Of a DNA stretch of 62,454 nucleotides, positions 36,998 to 46,825 are shown piece after piece. The stretch spans positions 1 to 62,454 of the forward strand of contig JAJPHT010000042.1 of the NCBI GenBank assembly GCA_021325135.1, read 5' to 3'. This stretch comes from Pseudomonadota bacterium. Lineage in GTDB: Archaea; Thermoplasmatota; SW-10-69-26; JACQPN01; JAJPHT01. Under the pieces are notes generated by a model. That model did no database searches and was not told the origin of the DNA. It saw only the letters and a list, made by a program, of their open reading frames with translations. Position 1 is the stretch's first letter. Each line of letters starts with the position of its first letter. A program made the translations under genes and the position numbers.

Positions 36998-37666
36998 GTG
37001 CGGACGTTCGCCCTCCTGTGCGTCGGCCTCCTCGTGGCGCTCCCGGGCTGCATCCTTTCCCCTGGGCAGGACGACCTCTCCTACGTGTGCGAGACGAAGG
37101 CCGGCGCGCCCGGCCCCGCGTACACCACCGACGGGCTCGTCCTCTTCACCCGCGTCCTCGACGCGAACCTGACGCCGGAGCACGCCCGCGCGCTCCTCGC
37201 CGCCGTGCAGCCCGACGTCATCACGCTGGGGAGCCTCCACCACGCGAACTTCTCCGCGACGCTCGCGGCCGCCGAGGGCGGCTGGCGCTTCGAGGGCGTG
37301 GGCCGCGCGGAGAACGGCAGCGTCGTCGACACCTACTCCTTCGACGTCGTGGAGGACAAGGCGGGCGTCAGCGTCGAGTCCCGGCTCCCCACGGTGGACG
37401 CGGTGCAGGCGCCCGAGTCCATGGTGTCCGCCGCGTGGGCCGTCGTCAACGCGACGCCCGACCTGGCAGGGGCCAAGACGAAGACCCCCACCCTCGTCGC
37501 CACCGGCTGGAACCCCGAGATCGCCTCGTGCGTGCGGCTCCTCTTCCAGGACGGCCCCGCCGACGCGATCCTGCCCGCCTCGCCCGAGCACCCGCACACG
37601 GTCGCGGTCGTGAGCCTGGTGAGCGACCGCGTCGTGTTCCTCCAGCGCCAGGGCTGGTCGGCATGA
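36998..37666 (+). CDS. Hypothetical lipoprotein
   Basis: Lipobox LPGC after a hydrophobic stretch. Confidence 0.6.
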   Translation: MRTFALLCVGLLVALPGCILSPGQDDLSYVCETKAGAPGPAYTTDGLVLFTRVLDANLTPEHARALLAAVQPDVITLGSLHHANFSATLAAAEGGWRFEGVGRAENGSVVDTYSFDVVEDKAGVSVESRLPTVDAVQAPESMVSAAWAVVNATPDLAGAKTKTPTLVATGWNPEIASCVRLLFQDGPADAILPASPEHPHTVAVVSLVSDRVVFLQRQGWSA

Positions 37667-37808
37667 ATCCGGAACGGATCGCGGAGTGACGACAACGGGG
37701 GCGCGCCGACTTCACGCCGCTTCGTCCCGCCGGGAGAAACCAACAAATACCCCCGGTGGAATCGCGCGAACCAGAGGGGTCTGCCAAGGCCTCTCACGGT
37801 GACCCTCG

Positions 37809-38714
37809 ATGACCGAATACAAGGTCTGGCTGAACGGCAAGTTCGTCCCGGAATCCGAGGCGCGCATCAGCGTCTACGACCACGGATTCCTCTACGGCGA
37901 CGGCGTGTTCGAGGGCATCCGCGCGTACAACGGCCGCATCTTCCGCCTGGAGGACCACGTCGACCGGCTCTACGAGTCGGCCAAGGCGATCAACCTGGAG
38001 ATCCCCATGACGAAGGCCGAGATGGCCGAGCTTCTCCTGGAGGCGTGCCGCGTCAACAACCTGCGCAACGCCTACATCCGCCCCATCGTCGCGCGCGGCG
38101 TGGGCGACCTCGGCCTCGACCCGCGCAAGTGCAAGACGCCCACCGTCGTCGTGCTGGCGCGCGAGTTCGGCGCGCTCTACGGGGACAAGTACGAGAAGGG
38201 GCTCAAGCTCTGCACCGTGAGCGTGCGGCGCAACTCGCCCAACTCCGTCTCCCCCAACATCAAGTCGCTCAACTACCTCAACAACATCCTGGCGCGCATC
38301 GAGGTCAACGCGCAGGGCATGGACGAGGGCATCATGCTGGACCTCAACGGCTTCGTGAGCGAGGCGACGGCCGACAACATCTTCCTCGTGAAGAAGGGCG
38401 TCGTCGTGACGCCCCCGACGTACAACTCGCTGAAGGGCATCACGCGCGCCGCCGTGATCGAGATCGCCAGGGAGCTTGGCCACCCCGTGGAGGAGCAGCC
38501 CATCACCATGTTCGACGTCTACAGCGCGGACGAGGTGTTCATCACCGGCACGGCGGCCGAGATCGCCCCCTGCGTCGAGGTGGACCACCGCGTCGTGGGC
38601 GAGGGCAAGCCGGGCCGCGTGACCAAGCACCTCATCGAGGGCTTCCGCCGCGTCACCACCACGACCGGCGCGCCCATCTTCCCCACGGAGACCGCGCATC
38701 CCAAGGTCAAGTGA
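37809..38714 (+). CDS. ilvE: Branched-chain amino acid aminotransferase
   Basis: [26 protein letters not shown] (PLP Lys), LKGITR, GTAAE. Confidence 0.95.
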   Translation: MTEYKVWLNGKFVPESEARISVYDHGFLYGDGVFEGIRAYNGRIFRLEDHVDRLYESAKAINLEIPMTKAEMAELLLEACRVNNLRNAYIRPIVARGVGDLGLDPRKCKTPTVVVLAREFGALYGDKYEKGLKLCTVSVRRNSPNSVSPNIKSLNYLNNILARIEVNAQGMDEGIMLDLNGFVSEATADNIFLVKKGVVVTPPTYNSLKGITRAAVIEIARELGHPVEEQPITMFDVYSADEVFITGTAAEIAPCVEVDHRVVGEGKPGRVTKHLIEGFRRVTTTTGAPIFPTETAHPKVK

Positions 38715-38762
38715 GCGCGATTCCCGGATAAGGGGGATAAGCCCCTCCGCCCTCCCAGGTCC

Positions 38763-39122
38763 ATGGACCTTCGCGGCTGGTGGAGCGGCCACGTGAGGCC
38801 GCGCGACCTCTTCGCGCTGGCGTGCCTCGTCGCCCTGGCGACGCTCTGCCTCGCCGTCTGGACCTCGGGAATCGCGGATGCCGCCGTGCGCAAGGACGTC
38901 ATCGTGGACGCCTTGGGCATCGTCGCGGGCCTCAACGGATTCTACAGCGGCGCCCGCGTGGCCGATCGCGCCTCGGACCGCGCCCGCGATGAGGTGCAGG
39001 ACGCCCGCCACGCGACGGAGCGCCGCGAGCGCGAACTCGACGAGGCGACCGCTCTGGTGACCGCGCTGCAACGCCAGATCGCGGCCCTGCGGGAGCAGCA
39101 TCAGGACGAAGAGGAATCATGA
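38763..39122 (+). CDS. Small 2-TM protein with C-terminal coiled coil
   Basis: Two hydrophobic segments, then a charged heptad region. Confidence 0.55.
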   Translation: MDLRGWWSGHVRPRDLFALACLVALATLCLAVWTSGIADAAVRKDVIVDALGIVAGLNGFYSGARVADRASDRARDEVQDARHATERRERELDEATALVTALQRQIAALREQHQDEEES

Positions 39123-39277
39123 TGGACGAAGGGTTGATGTTAGTTCAAGGAGGCATACCCCAAGCGATGACCGAAGCAAGCCGAAAAAAGGCGATGGACG
39201 CGGAGACGCTTCGCCTCCTGGCGTGGGCGGACGACTTCCTGGACCGCCGCTTCGGCCGGCGAGGGAAGAAGGATTGA
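39119..39277 (+). CDS. Small hypothetical protein (36-52 aa)
   Basis: ATGA overlap with the upstream gene; alternative ATG at 39167 behind GGAGG; ...DAETLRLLAWADDFLDRRFGRRGKKD. Confidence 0.35.
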   Translation: MMDEGLMLVQGGIPQAMTEASRKKAMDAETLRLLAWADDFLDRRFGRRGKKD

Positions 39278-39320
39278 AGGAGCGCCGCCGGCCCGCGGAC
39301 CGGCGGTCGCTCCCAAGGGC

Positions 39321-42300
39321 TCACGGCGCGTCCCAGAACGCGCGGTCGGCGATGCCCTGCGACATCGCGGGCGTCGCCGAGCCGGGCGAGCCGAACGTGG
39401 CGGGCAGGGCCACGCCGTCGCCGCCGTTGTTGTATGCGTCCAGCTGCGCGGTCAGGGCGCCCATGGCGCCGCGGTTGTTGCCCGCGTACGCGACATCGGC
39501 CGCGCTGATGAGCGACTGGGTGGTCGCGTTGCAGCCGAAGGCCGCGCAGTTGAGCTTGGCCGTCACCAGCTGCTGGAGCAGCGCCATGCGCGCCTGGTCG
39601 GCAGGCGTCCGCTTGTGGCCGTCGGTCTTGTACGGGATGCTGGAGTAGAACGCCCCGAAGAGCTTCCCGTAGGTGTCGATGGTCCGGACGTGCGAGCCCG
39701 AGCCGATGGGCATGGTGCCGCCCAGGGCCGCCGTGAAGACGCCCTCCGTGTAGAGGGTGTGCGTCGCCCAGAAGCCCTGCGTGCGCGTGGCGTTGGTGGG
39801 GCAGAGCACCTGGAGGCTCGCGGTGGCCTGGTCGTTGCTGGCGTTCGTGTCCAAGTCGGCGCCGATGCGCACCGTGTTGGAGACGGGGCCGCACGCGAGG
39901 CCCGCGGTCGCCACGGTGATGGTCAGCGTCAGCGACCCTCCGGCGGGGAGGGTGGGGAATGCGCACGAGACCGTGCCGCCCGACTCCGAGCAGAAGGCCG
40001 CCGCCGTGCCCGAGAGGCCCAAGACCGAGCCGTTGGCCAGGACGTCCTGCACGACCACGTCGGTCGCGTCGTCGGGGCCGAGGCTCGAGACGACGACGTT
40101 CCACGTCGCGTTGGAGCCGCGCGTCACGTCGCCGCCCGAGGACTTGGCGACGCCCACGTCGGCGCAGCGCACGTGCTCGGTCGCGTTGGCCTCGTTGTCG
40201 TCCGGCGTCGTGTCCACGGCCGCCGAGACGGTGGCGACGTTGCGCACGTCGCCGCAGTCGGGGAGGCCCGTGGCGCCGGTGAGCGTCACGACGCGGTCCT
40301 CGCCCGCGGGCACCGTGCCAAAGCTGCACGAGAGGACGCCCGCCGCGATGCCGCAGTCCGCCGCGTCGGCGCCGCCCAGGTCCCACGAGGTGGAGATGGC
40401 CGGGAGCGTGTCCGACACGGTGACGTCCTGCGCGTCGTCGGGGCCGCCGCTGTGGGCGGTGATGGTGAACGACGCGTTGCCGCCCACGTCGACGGACGCC
40501 GCGCCCGCCGTCTTCGTGATGGAGACGGACGAGCAGCGCACGGTGACGTTGGCGGTGGAGGCGTCGTTCCCCGCGTCGGTGTCCACCGTGGCGCTGACGG
40601 TCGCGGTGTTGCTTAGCAGGCCGCACGTCGTGCCCGCGTCGCGGGTGGCGGCGGTCAGGGTGACGCTGCGCGTCTCGCCCGCGGGGACCGTCCCGAAGCC
40701 GCAGGTGAGCGTGCCCGCGTCGATGGCGCAGGAGGGATCGGACGAGACGATCTCCCACGCCGAGGGCGCGCTGGGCAGCACGTCGGTCACCGTCGCGTTC
40801 TCCGCGGCGTCGGGGCCGTTGCTGGAGAGCGTGATGGTGAACGTCGCGTTCTGGCCCAGGTAGATGGCGGGCTCCTGCGCCGTCTTGTCGACGCTCACGT
40901 CGGAGCAGGCCACGTAGACGGACGCCGAGGCGTCGTCGTTGCCGGCGTCGGTGTCCACGGTCCCGGCCACGGTGGCGGTGTTGTTCCACCAGCCGCACGC
41001 CGCGGGGTCCGTGGAGGACGCGGTGACGGTCACGCTGCGCGTCTCGCCGGCGCCCAGCGTGCCGAAGTCGCACGAGAGGGCGCCCGACGAGATGGAGCAC
41101 GACGCCGCGTCCGCGCCGCCCAGCGTCCACGCCGCTTCGGGGTGGGGCAGCGGGTCGGAGAGCGTCACGCCCTCGGCAGCGTCGGGGCCGCCGCTCGTGA
41201 CGGTGATGTCGAACGAGACGTTCTCGCCCAGCAGCACGGGGGAGGCCTCGGCGACCTTCTGCACGGCGGGGTCCGAGCAGCGCACATACACGTCGGCGGA
41301 CGACCGGTCGTTGGCCAAGCCGCCGTTGGCGGTGAGGAAGACCGTGTTGGGATGGTCGCCGCAGTCTCCGGGCGAGACGCCCGTGGAGGCCGTGATGGCG
41401 ATGCTGCGCGTGCCGATGCCCGTGCCGTCCTCGACGGGGACCGTGCCGAAGCTGCACGTCAGGTTGAGGAGGGTGATCGTGCAGTCCGCCGCGTCGGGGC
41501 CGCCCACCGACCACGCGCCGCTCACGCCGGGCAGGTCGTCGGTGATGATGGTGTCCTGCGCGGGGTCGGGCCCGGAGTTCGTGACCGTGATGCCGAAGGT
41601 CACGTTCTCGCCCAGGTTGACGATGGGGGGCAGCGCCGTCTTCTCGACGCTGATGGCCGACTCGGGCGGGACCAGGGGGCAGTTGTTGAACTGGTGGAGC
41701 GTGAGGTCCTTGAGGACCGCCGTCGTCTCCTGCGAGCTGCGCGTCTCGGTCACGAAGTTCGTGAAGCAGGGGGGCGCGCCGCCGAAGATGTCGGTGAGGT
41801 TGATGCCGCCCTCGAAGAACGCCTCAGGCTGGAAGACGTCGAGGGGGTCGTGCGAGCCCGACGAGACGTAGGGCCAGGGCGAGGGCGTGGCGGCCTTGTT
41901 CACGCTGGCGCACGCGTTGTCGTCGGCGATGCTGCCGCAGTCCGCGCCCCACGCCACGAGCGTGAGGTTGTCCGGCACGCCCAGCCTCCACTTGTAGACG
42001 GAGATGTTGGAGACGGAGCCTCCGTTGGTGAAGTCGCTCACCACCAGCGTGTCGCCCTCCTTGTGGTGGCCGCTGAAGCCGCCGCCGGAGAGGATCGAGA
42101 CGGCGTCCTGGAGGAACCAGAAGCCCACGGCGGAGTCGCCGTTGTTGGCCCAGCGCGACGCGCCGAAGTAGACGATCATGCCGTGCTGCGAGTCGTTGTA
42201 GGTCGCGGCGAAGGCGTTGACGATCTCGTCCTTGGGCGGCGCGGAGGTCCCCGTCGCGCTCCACGTGCTGACGTCGTTGATGTCCTTGGAGGAGACGGAG

Positions 42301-42548
42301 AAGTACGTCGTGTCGACGCCGGCCGGCTCGTCCACGAACGCCTCCGAGAAGACGGCGCTGGAGGTGTTGGCGGGGAAGAGCGTCGACCAGTCGTCGCCGG
42401 GGCCGACGCCGTCCATGGCGTTGCCGTCCAGCTCGAAGAGCCCCAGGTCGTGGACGCCCGAGGCGGAGGGCACGACGAAGAGGCTCGCGATGGAGGCTAC
42501 GATCAGGGACAAGGCCGGAAGGCGTCGGTCGTGGGATGAGGAAGGCAT
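39321..42548 (-). CDS. Large secreted DUF11-repeat surface/adhesin protein
   Basis: Signal peptide; five ~120-aa repeats (K...GxNxTFxITV.xxGPDxA.xVxVxDxLP...C.FGT...N.ATV..D...ND). Confidence 0.85.
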   Translation of the reverse strand: MPSSSHDRRLPALSLIVASIASLFVVPSASGVHDLGLFELDGNAMDGVGPGDDWSTLFPANTSSAVFSEAFVDEPAGVDTTYFSVSSKDINDVSTWSATGTSAPPKDEIVNAFAATYNDSQHGMIVYFGASRWANNGDSAVGFWFLQDAVSILSGGGFSGHHKEGDTLVVSDFTNGGSVSNISVYKWRLGVPDNLTLVAWGADCGSIADDNACASVNKAATPSPWPYVSSGSHDPLDVFQPEAFFEGGINLTDIFGGAPPCFTNFVTETRSSQETTAVLKDLTLHQFNNCPLVPPESAISVEKTALPPIVNLGENVTFGITVTNSGPDPAQDTIITDDLPGVSGAWSVGGPDAADCTITLLNLTCSFGTVPVEDGTGIGTRSIAITASTGVSPGDCGDHPNTVFLTANGGLANDRSSADVYVRCSDPAVQKVAEASPVLLGENVSFDITVTSGGPDAAEGVTLSDPLPHPEAAWTLGGADAASCSISSGALSCDFGTLGAGETRSVTVTASSTDPAACGWWNNTATVAGTVDTDAGNDDASASVYVACSDVSVDKTAQEPAIYLGQNATFTITLSSNGPDAAENATVTDVLPSAPSAWEIVSSDPSCAIDAGTLTCGFGTVPAGETRSVTLTAATRDAGTTCGLLSNTATVSATVDTDAGNDASTANVTVRCSSVSITKTAGAASVDVGGNASFTITAHSGGPDDAQDVTVSDTLPAISTSWDLGGADAADCGIAAGVLSCSFGTVPAGEDRVVTLTGATGLPDCGDVRNVATVSAAVDTTPDDNEANATEHVRCADVGVAKSSGGDVTRGSNATWNVVVSSLGPDDATDVVVQDVLANGSVLGLSGTAAAFCSESGGTVSCAFPTLPAGGSLTLTITVATAGLACGPVSNTVRIGADLDTNASNDQATASLQVLCPTNATRTQGFWATHTLYTEGVFTAALGGTMPIGSGSHVRTIDTYGKLFGAFYSSIPYKTDGHKRTPADQARMALLQQLVTAKLNCAAFGCNATTQSLISAADVAYAGNNRGAMGALTAQLDAYNNGGDGVALPATFGSPGSATPAMSQGIADRAFWDAP

Positions 42549-42719
42549 CAGGGCTCACGCTCTTGGAAGAGGCGTCGAACCACCGGGCCGGGGGCACGCG
42601 CGCGGCGCGCGGGGGGACGGGGTGGAGGCGCTCGATGGCTGAGGTTGGCCATCAGAACGAGTCGCAAGGCTTACCAAACGCGGATTTCCTGCTGGGGAAT
42701 GCCCGCACCAGTGTGACAA

Positions 42720-43358
42720 TCACGGCGGCGGGGCGCGCCCGCGCCGGAAGACGTCCGGGTCGGCCTTGAGAAGCCTCGCCTCCAGCACGCGCTCCAGCCG
42801 CGGGACGTCGATCTTCTCCGTCTCCACGACCACGTAGCCGCGGCTGCGGTAGAGCGCCGTCTTCTCCGCGCGCCGGCGGCGATAGCGCGAGTGCTCCATG
42901 CCCCAGTGCTCGATGACGACGTTGGAGTCGGGCAGGTAGAAGTCGGGTGTCGCGCCCTCCAGCTGCGGCTCGTAGAGGTAGCGCACGCCCCGCTTGAAGA
43001 GGAAGTTGGCGATGCGAAGCTCCGGCTTGCTGCGGACCACCTCGCGGTTGAGCGTGACGTGGCCGCCGCGCCGGCCCAGCTCCTCCTTCACGCTGGGCTT
43101 GGGGCGGGGGCGGATCTCGGGCACCGCGCCCTGGGCCGGCCGGGGAGCCGCGCGGCGCAGGGCCAGCAGGCGGGCGCCCACCACCGCGGCGGCCACCGCG
43201 AGCCCGACGGGCGGCCCCAGCCACCACCGCGCGAGCCCCGCGGCCAGGCCCGCCGCGAGCCCCAGCGCCAGGGCGGGCAGCCAGGCCTTCCGGGCGGCGC
43301 CCCACGCGGGCGGGCGCGGCGCGCCGGGGGGTTCCCGGGGCGGCTTGGGCAGGGCCAT
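42720..43358 (-). CDS. Membrane-anchored PD-(D/E)XK-like nuclease-domain protein
   Basis: Two TM helices, then VRSKPELRIANFLF..YLYEP...PDFYLP...IEHWGM. Confidence 0.6.
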   Translation of the reverse strand: MALPKPPREPPGAPRPPAWGAARKAWLPALALGLAAGLAAGLARWWLGPPVGLAVAAAVVGARLLALRRAAPRPAQGAVPEIRPRPKPSVKEELGRRGGHVTLNREVVRSKPELRIANFLFKRGVRYLYEPQLEGATPDFYLPDSNVVIEHWGMEHSRYRRRRAEKTALYRSRGYVVVETEKIDVPRLERVLEARLLKADPDVFRRGRAPPP

Positions 43359-43430
43359 GCCTGCGGGAACCGGCCCGTCATTCTTATACGCCTCCTCGGG
43401 CTTGCGGCGACCGTAAGGAGCCCGCAGAGA

Positions 43431-43691
43431 ATGACCCGCGTCATCGTTGAGCCCTGCATCGGCGTGAAGTCGGGCGAGTGCGTCGACGTCTGCCCCGTCG
43501 ACTGCATCCACCCCAAGAAGGACGAGCCGGACTTCGCGAACGTGGACATGCTCTACATCAACCCCGCCGAGTGCATCGACTGCGGGGCCTGCGAGGCCGT
43601 CTGCCCGGTCGAGGCCATCTTCCCGGACGACTCCGTCCCCGCCCAGTGGAAGGACTTCACCCCGAAGAACGCGGCCTACTTCAAGAAGTAG
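43431..43691 (+). CDS. Dicluster ferredoxin
   Basis: CIGVKSGECVDVCPVDCI and CIDCGACEAVCPV; TATA-like TTCTTATAC at 43381. Confidence 0.93.
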   Translation: MTRVIVEPCIGVKSGECVDVCPVDCIHPKKDEPDFANVDMLYINPAECIDCGACEAVCPVEAIFPDDSVPAQWKDFTPKNAAYFKK

Positions 43692-43734
43692 ACCCGGCTT
43701 CACGGCCCGCGTGGGCTTTTCCCCTGTCGCGCGG

Positions 43735-43915
43735 CGGCGTCGCCAAACGCAGGGGTCCGGGGGCTTGCCCCCGCTGATGTTTTGGTTGTCTGCTGGACTT
43801 TTCCTGCACGTCAGGGGGCTGCGCCCCCTGAAACCCCCGCTCTTGGCCGCGCTGCGGCGCGGCCGGACGACGATTGCTCCGGGGGCTGCGCCCCCGAACC
43901 CCCGCTTTTGGCGGC
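43735..43915. repeat. REP/REPIN-like palindromic element, copy 3
   Basis: ACGTCAGGGGGCTGCGCCCCCTGAAACCCCCGC.TTGGCCGCGCTGCGGCGCGGCCGGACGA nearly identical to copy 2; spacer contains the reverse complement of AGGAAAAGTCCAGCAGAC; extra hairpin units. Confidence 0.85.
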
Positions 43916-43949
43916 AGCCTCAAGCGCCCGCCGCACCTGACTTTTCCTC

Positions 43950-45047
43950 ATGCGTGACCGCGTCAAGCGCATCTTCCAGCGCGCGCCCGCCGACGTGGAC
44001 CTCATCGTCCTCCAGAACGCCGTCGCCGAGCACAAGGACATGAGCTTCTTCCACGCGACGGACCTCGTCGCGGGCGGCGGCTTCGAGCGCAGCGTCGCCG
44101 CCCTCCACCGCGACGGGAGCCTCGACCTGCTGGTGCCCGCCCTGGAGGAGACCAGCGCGAAGCGGGCGAAGGACGCCGCGCTCTCCACCTACGTCAAGGC
44201 GGACGAGCGCAAGGAGTGGATCAAGCGCGTCGCCCAGGGGCACGCCAAGGTCGGCGTGAACCCCCCCGAGACCACCGCGCAGGACTATCTGGGCCTCCAG
44301 GAGCTTCTCCCCGGCGCGGCGCTCGTGGACGTGTCGCAGCCCCTCGCCGACGCCCGCGCCGTGAAGGACGCCCTGGAGCTTGCCCGCATCCGCAAGGCCG
44401 CGAAGATCGTGAGCGAGGTGAGCGACGCCATCCCCGGCATGCTCCGCGAGGGGCTCAAGGAGTTCGAGCTGGCCGCGGAGATCTGCTACGCCATGCAGAA
44501 GCGCGGCGCGACGGGCCCCAGCTTCGACACCATCGTGGGCTTCAAGGAGGGGAGCGCGGAGCCGCACTACGCGCCCGGCGACGTGCCGCTGCGCAAGGGC
44601 GAGTTCGTGCTCTGCGACTTCGGCGCGTGGTACGAGCGCTACGCCAGCGACCTCACCTCCACGTGGATGTTCGGCAAGCCCACCAAGGAGATGGAGGACA
44701 TCTGGGACACCGTGAAGCGCGCGCAGGACGCGGCGTTCGCGGCCATCCGCCCCGGCGCCAAGGGCGCGGACGTCCACAACGCGGCGGCGGGCGTCATCGA
44801 CGCCTCGCCCTGGAAGGGGCGCTTCATCCACAGCGTGGGCCACAGCCTGGGCCTCGCGGTGCACGACGGCCCCGCCCTCTCGCCCCGCGTCGACTGGACG
44901 CTGGAGGAGGGCATGGTCGTCACCATCGAGCCGGGCATCTACGTCCCCGGCATCGGCGGCGTGAGGATCGAGGACGACGTGGTCGTCACCAAGGATGGAT
45001 ATCAAAAGTTGACCACGGCGCGCCGCGACCAGCGCGTGGCGGGCTGA
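43950..45047 (+). CDS. Xaa-Pro peptidase (M24 family)
   Basis: CDFGA..YASD, HSVGHSLGLAVHD, TIEPGIY, GVRIEDD. Confidence 0.93.
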   Translation: MRDRVKRIFQRAPADVDLIVLQNAVAEHKDMSFFHATDLVAGGGFERSVAALHRDGSLDLLVPALEETSAKRAKDAALSTYVKADERKEWIKRVAQGHAKVGVNPPETTAQDYLGLQELLPGAALVDVSQPLADARAVKDALELARIRKAAKIVSEVSDAIPGMLREGLKEFELAAEICYAMQKRGATGPSFDTIVGFKEGSAEPHYAPGDVPLRKGEFVLCDFGAWYERYASDLTSTWMFGKPTKEMEDIWDTVKRAQDAAFAAIRPGAKGADVHNAAAGVIDASPWKGRFIHSVGHSLGLAVHDGPALSPRVDWTLEEGMVVTIEPGIYVPGIGGVRIEDDVVVTKDGYQKLTTARRDQRVAG

Positions 45048-45050
45048 GCC

Positions 45051-45548
45051 TCACGGCAGCTCGTCGAAGACGACAGGCGCGTGGAGCGGCACGGGGCAGT
45101 CGGCGAAGCGGTGATAGTTGCCCTGGTGATCGAAGAAGCCCGCGTGACAGTACTCGTGGTCGCCATCGGAGTCGCTCTGCGTCCCGGTGTTCCAGTGGAC
45201 GCGGTTCGACTCGCCGCGCCCGGTGGAGGCGTCGTAGGAGTACCAGGTCGCGCCGACGTAGGAGCCGTGGTACGCGGGGCTTCCGGGGCGCGCGTCGCGG
45301 GAGTAGCAGCCGTTGTCCGCGTCGGCGCCGCGGCTGGAGCCCGCGTGCTGCACGTTGACGAAGATCGCGCCGCCGTGGTCGTAGTCGCCGCCGTCGCACG
45401 AGCCGGAGCCGAAGCTCCAGGCCTGGTTGCCGGCGCAGGTCGAGGCGTCCAAGGTCGTCTGCTGGGCGCAGACGATGGTGGAGGAGGACGCGAAGGGGGC
45501 CAGCGAGGCGGAGGCGAGACCGACGAGGAGCGCGAGAAGGATCTTCAA
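45051..45548 (-). CDS. Secreted hypothetical protein
   Basis: TTG start, signal peptide, 6 Cys, Gly/Ser/Asp-rich. Confidence 0.55.
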   Translation of the reverse strand: MKILLALLVGLASASLAPFASSSTIVCAQQTTLDASTCAGNQAWSFGSGSCDGGDYDHGGAIFVNVQHAGSSRGADADNGCYSRDARPGSPAYHGSYVGATWYSYDASTGRGESNRVHWNTGTQSDSDGDHEYCHAGFFDHQGNYHRFADCPVPLHAPVVFDELP

Positions 45549-45635
45549 GGGTTGAACCCGGGGGCGCGAGCCGCCACGGCCTACTTGACTTGTCTCATGA
45601 GACCGTGCGGGGTTGCGTCCCCGGGAGCGTGCCCT

Positions 45636-46784
45636 TCAAGGCCAGGCGTAGCTGACGCTGGTCGCGGTCGCGCCCGTCGAGCTGTGGGCCCGGAACTGCA
45701 CGTGCGAGCCCGCGGGGACGAAGAACGACTTCGCCCACGTGCCCCACGAGGTCGCCGAGAGGGCGATCCACGGGCCGCCGTTGGCGCTCGCGTCCACGCC
45801 CACGATGGGCTGGTTCGCGTGCACCATGACCTCGACCCACCACTCGTTGGGGTTCAGGCTCTTGGCGAACGACGCCGCGAGCCCGCCCGAGGTCGTCACG
45901 CCTGTGCCGGAGGAGCTTCCCGACGAGAGCGGCGTCGAGAGCGGCACGGGGCCGCCCTGCTCGTAGAAGCCGGTGGACGTCGCGGTCGTCGCGGGCGTGC
46001 CCGGGGGCGGCCCGTTGCGCACGAAGCCCGCCACCGTGGGCACGCACTCGCTGTGGCTCCAGCACCGGACCGGGTGGAGCTCCCACCAGTTGTGGTCCGG
46101 GTCGAAGCGCACCTCGCCGTAGGGCGTCACGGTGTCGCCCACGTTGAGGACCCGAAGCTGGCCCCAGTAGGGCGGCGTCAGCTCCACGTGGACCAGCCCG
46201 CCCCCGGCGGGGTCGCGCATGTCCCACGTGATGTCGCCGTCGTCCCAGTGGCCGCGGTTGAGCACCTTCACGGGGTCGAGCCACACGAAGGTGCCCGTCG
46301 GGAACCTGCCCGCCGCGACCTCGTAGGCGTGGACGGTGGGCCCTGGGTGCCCGACGTCGGCGAAGCGCTTCATCGTGATGAGCCACTCGCCATTGACGTG
46401 GCCCACGACGCCCTGCACGACGACGGGCATGCCCACGAGGGGCACGAAGTTCTGCTTCTTCACGTTCCACGTGGCCTGGAACGTGTTGGGAACGTGCACG
46501 CGCACGCTTCCCCCGCTCGCATCCTTGATGCGGAAGTCCGCCGCCACGGTCGCCTCGTCGCATGATGGACACGAGAGCGACGTGACGGTGGAGGTCTGCG
46601 TCGTGACCTCCGTTCCTGCGGCCACCTTCCCGGACGCCACGGCCGCCAAGGTGACCACGGGCCCCGCATTCCCATCCGGCGGGATGGATGCGGGACGCGT
46701 GGCGGCCCCGGCGCCTGGCGTCGCCAGAAGCGCGGCGACGATCAGCACGATCCATGCTATCTGTACGCGCATGCGGAGCCGCAT
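45636..46784 (-). CDS. Secreted protein with two OB-fold-like modules and a Trp-rich C-terminal domain
   Basis: Signal peptide; internal duplication (GPVVTL..VASGK / GPTVHA..VAAGR); DDGD..VELTP..GEVRFDPDHNWWELHPV; C-terminal NEWWVEV..WGTWAKSF. Confidence 0.55.
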   Translation of the reverse strand: MRLRMRVQIAWIVLIVAALLATPGAGAATRPASIPPDGNAGPVVTLAAVASGKVAAGTEVTTQTSTVTSLSCPSCDEATVAADFRIKDASGGSVRVHVPNTFQATWNVKKQNFVPLVGMPVVVQGVVGHVNGEWLITMKRFADVGHPGPTVHAYEVAAGRFPTGTFVWLDPVKVLNRGHWDDGDITWDMRDPAGGGLVHVELTPPYWGQLRVLNVGDTVTPYGEVRFDPDHNWWELHPVRCWSHSECVPTVAGFVRNGPPPGTPATTATSTGFYEQGGPVPLSTPLSSGSSSGTGVTTSGGLAASFAKSLNPNEWWVEVMVHANQPIVGVDASANGGPWIALSATSWGTWAKSFFVPAGSHVQFRAHSSTGATATSVSYAWP

Positions 46785-46825
46785 CTGGCGGCGGCCGCCA
46801 TCATCCCTCCCGCCCGGCGCTCGAT

